This document shows, one piece after another, positions 51,603-64,000 of a DNA stretch of 64,000 nucleotides; the first letter of the stretch is position 1, and every line of letters begins with the position of its first letter. The position numbers and the translations under genes were made by a program. Below the pieces are notes generated by a model. The model had not been told where the DNA came from. It was given only the letters and a program-made list of their open reading frames with translations, and did not search any database. The DNA comes from Eledone cirrhosa. Its lineage: Eukaryota. Location of the stretch: assembly GCA_964016885.1 (NCBI GenBank), contig OZ024745.1:35030001-35094000 (forward strand), in the 5' to 3' direction.

Positions 51603-51911
51603 CAGAGTGCCGGATTTAATGGAAGGCAAAAGGGGGCAATTGCCCCGGGCCCCCTGCAGTGAGGGACCCCACCAGTGACGGTCGTAGCAATTTACTTGTG
51701 CCACCGGCTGGGGTTTTTAGTTTTAGGATAGTTAGGATTGTTTAATCTAATACCTGTATGTATAACCTTTCAATTCCAATTACTTGCGCTAAGCTAACTT
51801 GATGTGTAAAATTGAGGGGTTTGCTGTGTATTCTATTTTTTTTTGTGTGTATGAGCTTCCCCTCCCCCAAACCTGAAGTGCCCCGGGCCCCCAAGGTCTA
51901 AATCCAACCTA
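51603..51911. mobile_element. hAT-like MITE
   Basis: Ends ..gccggattta / taaatccaac.., with subterminal gccccgggccccc twice. TSD is unclear. Confidence 0.55.
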
Positions 51912-52619
51912 GACTACACACCTGTTTTTTTTAGTTATTGATGCAGACCAGTTAATTTTAGTGATTTATTTCAACATAACACAAGGATAAACAATATATC
52001 CCTTGTCACCCTGGCTTCATGGTCAGTTAACAGAAAGGATCTCCTCCTTCTCATCATCATCATTACCAGCTACACCACCACTTGAACGACCATCATAATG
52101 ATCCTGACTGTGGTCATCAACATCTTTGATGTTGATAATGATGGCGATAACGAAGAAGATAAAAAATGCAGAAGGAAGAGTAACAGTAAAAACTACATTT
52201 ACAATATTGGTAAAACGATGCAGATGGCTTTACTACTTCTCGCTCTAGTAGCCTGCCTGCCTGCCTGCATACGATATTCTAAAGTAATTATTTAAATTGG
52301 TTGACGGTGAGAAATTCAGGGCATCATTTCCAATGAACTTGGAAGTTAATCGTGTAGAAATTCTTGCTTATTTGATGGACAGAGGAGGAAATGTGAGCGA
52401 TAACTGATAATTCCCGCATTTAACTCTGTCAGCAGAACTGACCACAAATTCTTATTTATCTACAGAAATATAAAGATTGCTTCATCTTACACTTGACTTA
52501 ATTGGTCAGGATAACTACTAGATAAATATTACAGTCTGCATTTATATAAAATATGTACTTATACATACATATATATATAAGTGTGATATATGTTTGTGTA
52601 TGTATAACGACACACTGTA

Positions 52620-53280
<661 letters not shown>

Positions 53281-54565
53281 CTTTCTTAATGTCGGGTTTA
53301 TTTTAACCGGCCACCTTCCAGGTGGCAAAGTTGTAAAGAAAAGGAAATTTCCATCGTCTTTTGCGCAATCGTTCATCCTTTGAAATATAGGAATGTTTTC
53401 CAGATTTTCAGGGTTCAAGATATCGTGGCCAATAATATGAATTAAGGTCAGGTTATGATTTTAGGAACTGCGTTCTTTCTCCAAGTATCCAATTTTAGTC
53501 AGTCTTTGGTCCAGACTAGTTAGTATAAACCATGTAGTTCAAATAATAATAGAAATAAAACTGAACGTATATTTTGGGTATTAGTTCTGGTTGACCAATA
53601 ACGTTGTTGGTTATATGTATCATATATTATATCAACATTGGATGAGTTGGGGTAAACAATGTAGCCCGAGATTAGTAGCTTAGATGTTTGAGATCTCAGT
53701 TTCTGTCTAATCATATAGAGATCGACTATTAGCTGACTATGAAGGATTGATGATAGAGCTGTGAAATCTTGCATGCATTAATTTCAACTCTTCTTATTAA
53801 TAACTGCATTGTTTCCTTCCAGGGAATATGTTGAAAAATAAACCTCATTAGGTCGTTCTATGAGAGTAGATTGGTCAGCCTATTAACTTTTCAGCCGATT
53901 CTCGTATTAGGTTAAGTGTTGTTTAGTCCCTGGTCAAACTTGCTCGAATAGACCTATGATAAAAAGCATTCTAGTCGTAAGCATTCTGTTCGTAGACTGA
54001 GTTCAGTGGCCACTAATTAAATTTCTTCCATTATTTAATCTTTTTATGAGTCAGCTTTGCGTTTCAGCCATAGGAAATACAGTACCAGTAATAGACTGAG
54101 AAGCGGTGGTGTTTGTTTGAATATTTCCTTTTGTCTGTATATTTCTTCAAATGAATAAAAATCAATAGGCTGAGATCTAAAATTAAGCTATTAACCTCCT
54201 CAACAAATAGATACCATGTCTAGACATCAAAAATCATTATACTATTCTCGAAAAATAAATAAATTAATAATTGAAAAACAGAACTATTTCATATAGTGAA
54301 TTTGTAATTTTCAGCAGTTTCTGGGCAGAATTTTAAGAGCGACAGACAAAATGCCTTGCGGTATTTCCTTCCAAGATTTTTATATCTTGAGTTCAAATGT
54401 CACCAATATAAATTTTGCCAATAACTCATGGTGGATAAAAATAAAATATATTCTATTCTATAGAGTCAAGTGGGGAGCTGTGATAATGTGTGTTGTGAGA
54501 GTGTGCGGTGGGGGCAGTCCGTGTGTGTTTTCGTTGTCTTATATATATATATATATATATATATA

Positions 54566-54822
<257 letters not shown>

Positions 54823-54839
54823 TATATATATATATATGA

Positions 54840-55373
54840 CGGCGATGAATTTGTTTTGCGAGGTTTTTGACATGAAATCGTGTGTCGAAACAAATATTGT
54901 TATACTTGGAGAGGGTCATATTGTTGTAATAATATTCCCAGAAATAATAACAGAACACATTCACTGTTTGGTTGGTTTTCGCTTCTGTATCTTTTATATC
55001 TACACAGTTAATTCATTTTGTCCTCAATATTTACCATTGACTGACCAACGGTCAAAAATACAGATATAATATAGATATAAACACATATATATAGTCTAAC
55101 AAAGTTCTTTCGTTGCACATCTGCAACATCATCAGTGGTACTATTATGTTCCTCCTGTTGTATTGTATATCTACGCCATTTTTATTTTATCTGTTTATTT
55201 ATTTATTTATTTATTTATTTATGTCTTCTTCTCTGCGCCTGCTGCGTTTTTGTGTGTGTATAGTATTTGGTGTGTGTTCGCGTTTGGGTGACTGTGTTTT
55301 GGTTATTGTATTCTATCTTAGTTTACTAGTGTGTTTTTATATGTGTTTGTTGTTATTGTGCTTGTGTATATAT

Positions 55374-55412
<39 letters not shown>

Positions 55413-55600
55413 TATTTCTCTTAAGTCAGTATTGTTTGTTTGGGTGTTGTTGTTATTCCATTCATTTTTTTGTTTAGCTTTGGCCTTCTAAGCTCTATTT
55501 CGCTTGCCTCTCTGATTTGCCTATCTGCTGGGTCATTTCTATGTTTAGATATTATTTTAATTTCTATGTTGTCTATGTTACCGTCATGTTGTTGTCTGGC
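54840..55600 (-). mobile_element. Penelope-like element 3' remnant
   Basis: HDGNIDNIEIKIISKHRNDPADRQIREASEIELRRPKLNKK resembles a GIY-YIG C-terminus. A downstream hammerhead-like CTGATGA-t-gttgca gatg tgcaac-GAAA lies at 55098-55140 (minus). Confidence 0.6.
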
Positions 55601-55749
55601 TTGTACTGAAGCGTTCTTTCGCCCCCCCCCACATATATATGCATATACTATAAAACCCGTCACTTTTGCTAGTACATATGCTAGTATATATTTACACACA
55701 CACACATATATATGATAGAATAATGAATTATAAATCAGCAGATTAGAAT

Positions 55750-57778
55750 GTACCTCATTTATTCGTTACACAATTGCTGTTATACACATTTTGATGATAA
55801 CTGTTATGCAACAGTTATGGTCTTATCAGACAGCTGTTAGTTAAATAGAAGTAATTGTTTCTACTTTTGGCACAGGACCAGCAATTATCCCAGCGCATTA
55901 CTGGTTCTTTATTCTATCGACCCCGTAAGGATGAAAGGAAAAGTTAACCTCGGCGGGATTTGAACGTAGACCGTAAAGGGTCGTAACTCTATGTTGCAAA
56001 GCATGGCATGGAGAAAAAATAAAAATTACTCATACTGTTTCAGTTCATTAATGTCACGGGCTGATTATTGGTGTTGCTTTTTAAAAGTACCGGTGATATT
56101 TCCATCATTATATCCTCCCAGCCATTCTGAATTACTTCGGTTTTGGTGGCAAATGGATTGGTCTACAGCAACAACAATAACAGTCAAGGCTGTATTGTCG
56201 ACACCTTAATTAAATAGAAGCGGTTAGGGGTACTCGGCATTAATGTCCACAGTAGTAGTGGCAGTAGTGATAATAAAGTATAACCAGTCTAGCCAGTATG
56301 TAGTAAAATACACATTAAGTGAGAAACATTGTTGACATATAGAAATAAAATAAAATAAAATAAAATAAAATAAAATAAAATAAAATAAAATAAAATAAAA
56401 TAAAATAAAATAAAATAAAATAAAATAAAATAAAATAAAATAAAATAAAATAAAATAAAATAAAATAAAATAAAATAAAATAAAATAAAATAAAATAAAA
56501 TAAAGGTTGAAGATAGATGACCATTAAATATATAAGGAATAAATCACAAGTGTAAAAGTAAAAGTAAATGGTCAGAAGCAGAAAGAAAAGACAAAGGAAA
56601 CAAACAAAACGAAGTGAGATGTACTAAAAGTATCAAGATCAGATTATGCCAACACCTAATATATCACAAAATGATGGTAGTTCAGAGATATAAAATATGT
56701 TAAAAATGTATAAGATTCGTTCTGGCGGAGAGAAATGTATTCTTAGTATTATTAGCTAAAGAAAATGAATGGGAAAATTTAGTGCTCAGAGTAAATACAC
56801 GTGAAGATATTTGCCAGGAAAAGATCCAGGCGCGGTCCTGAGGTGTTGGTCTTCTTCCTAAGGAGTGGGAGGGGTAGCTAACCGGCCCTCATTGTAGTAG
56901 GTTAAAGAGCACCGAACGTTGCGTATTCAGGATAGGTGGTTGGAATGTACGAGAGGGGAGTCATGAATGGTGCTTAAGTGGTTAATTTTCCTAAATCTGC
57001 GTCTACAGGTACAAACTAATAATTAATGTAGTGAGACAAGATGTGGGTCCAACTAGGAGTTGGGTTTCCCCCAAAAGTAATTAGACATATATAGAGATAA
57101 AAAGCGATCTATCTTCAACTATAATCATATTTTATTTTATTTCATCTTATCTGACTTCTATATGTCAACAATGTTTCTCACTTAATGTGTATTTTACTAC
57201 ATACTGGCTAGACTCGTTATACTTTATTATCACTACTGCCACTACTACTGTGGACACTAATGCCGAGTACCCCTAACCGCTTCCATTTAATTAAGGTGTC
57301 GACAATACAACCTTGACTGTTATTGTTGTTGCTGTAGACCAATCCATTTGCCACCAAAACCGAAGTCTAAAGTTGACCCCCTACTTCTACAGCATCTGTA
57401 AATGACCTGGTTCCTGTACAATTCGACAGTCAATCCCAGACTATGGCACCAGTAAGGAATTCAGAATGGCTGAGAGGATATAGTGATGGAAATATCTCTG
57501 ACCAATAGCTATGAGCCTTGTATACCTTTTGTGTTAATGCTCTGAGGTTGTTTAGTTTAAATCATATGTCACTGGTGCTTTTAGAAAGCAACACCAATAA
57601 TCGGCCCATGACATATCAATGAATTGAAACAGCATAAGTAATTTTTAATGCAGCTTCAAGTTATTTGTATTTATGTAACTGTTCAACTAATAGTTGCCCG
57701 ATGAGGTAATAACGGTTGCATAACAATTACCATGGAAATATATATAACAACAATTGTGTACCGAATAAATGAGTACAT
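55750..57778. repeat. Large diverged inverted repeat (foldback)
   Basis: About 55750-56355 mirrors about 57130-57778. There is a SINE (55853-56010) only in the left arm and extra segments only in the right arm. Confidence 0.8.
56343..56503. repeat. (TAAAA)n pentanucleotide repeat
   Basis: Direct reading. Confidence 0.95.
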
Positions 57779-57968
57779 TAGTGCCAGCTATTTAACTAAA
57801 ACATATTGTACCAAATATATATCCATAGCATATATATAGTAAATGAATATTTAACTTAACAATTCTCAATCCTGCGTACATTAGTGCCAGCTATTTAACT
57901 AACACATATTGTACCAAATATATATCTGTAGCATATATATAGTAAATGAATATTTAACTTAACAATTC
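57773..57968. repeat. Tandem duplication, about 103-bp period
   Basis: gtacattagtgccagctatttaactaa...aacttaacaattct occurs twice. Confidence 0.9.
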
Positions 57969-58447
57969 TTGAATGCTCAAGCTTTCCTTGACATTCTCAC
58001 TCTTGTCATTCCAGCCACTGTCGCATTTCATTTTACAATCCTTTAAATCAATTACAATATTCATTCATATTTTCTTTAAACCTTATCAAACATATATCTA
58101 CTAAATTATGATGTCTTTATTCTATCTATCTTTCTCTCTTAGGTTTGCTATTGGAATTCATGCTTAGATGTTGTTGTGAATGTTCTTGTCCGAAGATAGA
58201 TAAATTGGTGATCTGTATTTCAGCGCCAACTAAATTATTGATTATTGATCTTTGACCGATTAATTCATGAATTCCATGTGCCGGCACCGAGCGTATCCAC
58301 ATCGAAACATTTGTAGAGATAAGAGAAGAAATTTGATTAACAACCTTGGTTTCTCGTTATACACACACACATACACACATACACACACACACACACATAC
58401 ACACACATCATTGAACCCCCATCTCTCTCCCTCCCTCCCTCCTCTCT

Positions 58448-58509
<62 letters not shown>

Positions 58510-59190
58510 AATACATTGTACAAATGGTTTATGGTAAGACAACTACCTATCTAACTATATTTGCTGTTAAAACCTTTTAGAGAAATCAAACAAGGTTTGG
58601 AGTCAAATGATATTAGAAGCTAAGAGAATAATGTATTGTATGAAACTACACCTCTCCCGACACATCTATGTATTTATATATGTATATAGGTATTAGACAA
58701 CATTTAGTATTCACTGATACCATACAGTTGCCAAATACCGCTGAATCGAATCATGACTTATTCTTCGGTTGCAGAAATCTATCCAAGCGTTATAGATTTC
58801 AAAAACGAGCACTATAGTTAATGAATGACCATCACTGATGATATGGTGGAAGAGTTATTGGAAAAGAAATGACGTTAGGCCGTGTCAGAAATGGCAGCCT
58901 AAAGTTGCGAGTGCTATTCAACAATGGCTCGGTATCTAGCTTTAATGTATAAGGTTTGCACTGCTTTGATAAATGGGTTTTGGCAGGACTGAAAGAAAAT
59001 AGCATGTCTTCATACACCTACACATGAACAACCCTGCATGAATATGTACATACATGTACACATATGCTTTCGTATACGACAAGCAAACGCATCTCATTTT
59101 GAATTTATAAACACATAGACATAGAGAAAAACACAACATATTAATAGTTGGTGTGAATCAACTCCTACATTTACATACACTCGAAAATGG

Positions 59191-59228
<38 letters not shown>

Positions 59229-59334
59229 AATATATATATATATATATATATAACGAAGGAAATGTGGTAAGGAACCAGGTGGACCATAACGCACCAAAGT
59301 ACTCAATACTTAGGGTAGTAGAGTGGGTAATAGG

Positions 59335-59451
59335 AACGAGTAGGACCCCGACGGCTGAGCTCAAGCCGTTTCGACGGCTAATTCTGGACTAAATTTAGTC
59401 CAGAATTAGCCGTCGAAACGGCTTGAGCTCAGCCGTCGGGGTCCTACTCGT

Positions 59452-59452
<1 letters not shown>
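59335..59452. repeat. Perfect 118-bp palindrome
   Basis: Centre ctaaa|tttag at 59393/59394. It caps the repeat shared with 54566-54691. Confidence 0.9.
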
Positions 59453-59521
<69 letters not shown>

Positions 59522-60413
59522 GTTAGATGTACTGATGTTTTAAAACGAAATTTGTATTCCTGAATTTTTATGTAACCAATCTAAAGAACAGAAAAATTGA
59601 TTAATTATAATAACTAGTGGCTATTAGTTAACGATTAAAACCAATTAGAAACCTGTTTCCTATATCAAAGCCAGCTTTCGAGCTATACAAACCTTGCACA
59701 AATTACTGCATATACAGAATGACTAGACCCGAAACTGCGCGGTTGCGAAGCAAATTCTTTAACCAACAAGCCATGCTGACACTTATATCTATAATTTTAA
59801 TACTGCAGATACATTGTGCTTCAAAGCAGTAAAACACTTTCATTATTTTATATCTAATATATTCTGAAAGTAGAGACATAATGTATTTTTAATAGAGACT
59901 ACCGGTGTTTAAAGAAGATCGGTATCAACATTTTCAGTTATTTTGAATTTTAAATCACCTACGTTTTAATGGAAAATGTTTGTTTCGTTTCAATGCTTAT
60001 TTACACCACGTCTATGGTTTTATTTATTTGGCTGTATATTTTTTTCAAATTTAGATTAAGATATACAAATTTAGTCAAATTCCACCTGATTCTGGGCTAA
60101 ATAGTAGGCACGTACAGATATATGCAGAGGTGTTTACATTCAGATAAAGAATGTCGCATATGAGATATATGCGTCATAGCTCTCCTATAACAACAACTAC
60201 ATTTTAGCAACAATATGCACACTATGTAGTCATCTCTTTCCCTGCTTTCGTTTTAACCTACACACTTTCTTCTGTCCTCTACTATTTGATGAAGGGCGTT
60301 ACTCAAAGTGTTATGTACTGACTTCCTCTCATATCTGAGCGTTACACGCATTATCTCAATTTTTACCGTATTCCGTCTTGTTTCCGTATTTCTGTCTCCA
60401 CGTTCACTCTGTC

Positions 60414-60507
<94 letters not shown>

Positions 60508-60536
60508 GACAAACAAATATATTTTTTGCCTCATCA

Positions 60537-60626
60537 CCAGTCTGACGAGCAGATCGATACTGAAGTCAGGTCCATAACTTCTATGGGCTACCTTGAGCCA
60601 ATCCTCTGCGAAACGCGCGTAACAGG
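60537..60626 (+). ncRNA. Type I hammerhead, canonical core
   Basis: ccagt-CTGACGA-gcaga...tctgc-GAAAC-gcgc-GTA-acagg, in a unique island of about 180 bp between two (TA)n tracts. Confidence 0.75.
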
Positions 60627-60681
60627 TCGATACACAATAAATATTTTTTGTAAGTAAACGTAACTTTCTCGTTTTTGTTTC

Positions 60682-60751
<70 letters not shown>

Positions 60752-61762
60752 AAAACCAGGTTATATCCGTAGTTGATAGAGCACCCAGTCCCAAAACGGG
60801 TTCGGTATAGAGTTAGTTCCACGTTAGTTCCACAACAAAATAGCAAACCACATTCAAGGACGCGCGTTTCACCGGATAGATTTTCAACGCGTGTATGGCT
60901 GCGGTGAGAACGGAAGTATATATGAGCTGACTGGATTTTGCGCGGAAGATGTCGGTAGTTTGGTAACAAGAGAGACACCTCAAATTAGACTGTTGTGGGG
61001 AGAAAAGTTTGAATTAGTTCATTCCTGGGTATACTTCTGGTTATCCTGGGTCCTTCCAGTTACGTGATACTTCTCTCATATATACTTTCGTTCTCATCGC
61101 AGTCAACACGGATTGAAAATCCGTCTGGTGAAACGCACGTCCTCGAGTATGATTTGTTGTTGAACTAACTCTCTCCTTCCTAATTTGTTGTTGAACTAAC
61201 TCTCTCCTTCCGCCCTCCCCGCTATATATAGGTTGAGATAAAAATTTGGCTGTATTGTGCTGTGCTCTCTAGCAAAAATGCCACCAGTCGTAAGCAACTA
61301 CCACACCCCTTCCAACTTGACCGCGACTACGTCACGATTTTTAGCCATTTTGAAATGAATTCTTGGCGCGATCGTTTTGGAAAATTTAATGTCTAGATAT
61401 GAGCGAGCTTCCTGAAGAATCCGGCGCTCGAGTTTATATAATTATTACATAATTATTGGAAAACTCAAAAGACGGACGAAACCATGGTAGAGGTATTTAA
61501 ATGTATTCTATTTTCTCCTAGTTTATTTTAAACCTAATTCTGCTTAGTTGACTGTATCTAGGCGATTACGCTGTCGAAATATTCGATAAATATTCCACTA
61601 CGGCCGACGCGAAGCTCTAGTTTTGGTTATTTGTCGGAGATTCCTTCATAGAAGCCTCATTCTTATAGCCTGGTCTATTCGATTTTTTATATAGTTAATT
61701 ATGCTAATTGGGAGAGGAAACAGTATATATTTTATCTTGTGATTCTATAGACATGTTTTATG

Positions 61763-61996
<234 letters not shown>

Positions 61997-64000
61997 ACAA
62001 AATCTGGATAACATTTTCATCTGTCGATTACGCGCGATTCGTTGCGGAAGTTATTACTTCGTCAGCTCGACAGTTCGACATATTTGTTGTGAATGTTAAC
62101 TCATTGTCTGTCCGCATAAAGACAAGTAGTTCGTAGCTATTGTGCATAACAATTCAGCCATAACTAATTTGGTCTGTCAACTTTCATAAAAATACAATCG
62201 GTGGCGATGTGAATTGGTAAATTGATTAATACCACACTACACTGCGTTTTTTACCCTTCCTTAATCAATTTTGTAATAAAATAGACCATATTTAAATTAT
62301 TTAATGTAGAATTTGAAGGGATTTATTAAAATTATTTTATTATTTAGATGATATTTGCAACATAACATGTATTTCCTATAGTAAATTATGTTGGAAGATT
62401 TTAATATACAGAGGAACACTTTAAAATTAGTGGATTTGTTGTATAGAAACAGAGGCATTTTGAGCGGGTTGGCATCAAAAGGGTTAAAGAATATTTAGAA
62501 ATGTAAGATAATTTATCAACTCATTCACGTTCGCTACGTTTTTCATAAGAACATCTTTGTAAATTCAAGTAGTTGATTGTGGTCAAGTACTGAAGTTATA
62601 GTACTGAAGCTTCTTTGGTTTCCTTTTCTATTATTCACACCGTAGTGTGTCGGTATGGTTTTAGTAAACAATATCCTGCAGTTTTATTCAACATTTTAAT
62701 TAAAACCATATAGAGATGAATGAACATCACATCACAACTTAACAAATGTTTTCTGCTGAAAGCCTTTGTTGCGTTATTCATGTCCGTTTGAGAAATTTAT
62801 ATAGGTTTGTGAAGCTGGTCACATTTATTGGAAGAGAAACGCACGATTTAATAGTTTGAAATCAGGCAATTAATAGGTATTGAAATCTTAACGAGATATA
62901 TCGAACTAATTAGAAAAGTAGTCAGTGGTCTTTATATGCATATATGTACCCAATAAGAATCTAGAGCAAGCTCTATAGCGCATATATGAATTGGAGAATA
63001 ATAAAGGTAACCGTTGAATAATCACTACGTTCACACAGTGAAATTTATTGTATAAGCTTCCGCTGCAATTTGGTGTATTTTCTCGGTATTATAACCATGA
63101 AAGACTAATATGTTGGCAGTATTCCCGAAGAGTTGTGTTTGAAAAAGAAATACGAATTCTAAAGTTTTTATGCTTCTCTGCTTTCGGAATACCTTGTCAG
63201 AATGAAGAATTTGGCAAATAATTGCTTCTCTATTTTATCAATACATGTTTTCAAATCTATACCTTTATGTCAATCTACTTGGGACCTTTAATCTCTATAT
63301 GAAAATAAACTATTTGTTGCTGCGTTCTGCATAATCCTCACCCTATAGAGTGAAGTGGAGTTACAGCCAACTAAATCGACCCGAGCATCTCATTGGTTGC
63401 TATTTTATCAACACTAAAAGTTAAAATAATAGGGAAGCCTGTACGTGATTCCTTGATCTACAGGTTCGAAGGTCAGTAACTAAAATGACCCCGAATTCAC
63501 ACATTACAATCTTTAAAAACATGGAATAGCAAGATAGTCACCGATAAAAAGCCTTTGATCATAGACCCGTTCGACCAGGGCTGATCTCGGCCTATACAAC
63601 AATAAACACACAGGAAACTATCGGGAAATTTCAATTCAGAATATCAAGGCAATTTTGGAACACCTTACACACAATAACATATACCATAAAAAACATTTAG
63701 TTTACATATATTAATGTATATTTTATATACAGTACACATATCTTTCACAAGAAGATTTTCTTCAGTTAATCCTATTAATATTCGAATCATATTCTGGCAT
63801 ATCTACGGAAAATATTTAGCTCTAAGAGGATAGTGCAAATTAAATAAATAGCGATATTGCCATTCCACGAAATTTGCATCCATTTTCATTTCTTTCATTT
63901 GGATATAACATCAGCTCTAAATATATGGGATCGATGCACACGACAGGTACTCATATTGTTGACTCTGAGAAAATACGTTAAAATCAAAGCCAGCGAAATT

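Noticed and set aside
53290-53900. Possible decayed retroelement coding sequence on the minus strand
   Set aside because: No diagnostic motif could be identified by eye.

Overview
AT-rich, microsatellite-dense eukaryotic DNA. The SINE families and repeat landscape suggest an octopus or other cephalopod (inference). The only convincing host-gene piece is a first coding exon on the minus strand (11642-10955), ending at a U12-type minor-spliceosome donor. The rest is mostly transposon-derived: SINEs, RTE/CR1/Vingi/CRE LINE fragments (two with 5' inversions), mariner relics, hAT MITEs and non-autonomous Helitrons. The most striking content is a set of Penelope-like elements (PLEs), nearly all inside (TA)n tracts. 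It comprises one full-length Naiad-type element with an intact 910-aa RT+GIY-YIG ORF, a 2.5-kb perfect palindrome from a second Naiad, two ORF-less tandem or permuted units (591 and 322 bp) that resemble retrozymes, and about 13 hammerhead ribozyme motifs. Three unrelated families among these use a covaried U3:A8 catalytic core. All calls were made by eye. Family names are not database-verified, and element boundaries can be off by a few bases.
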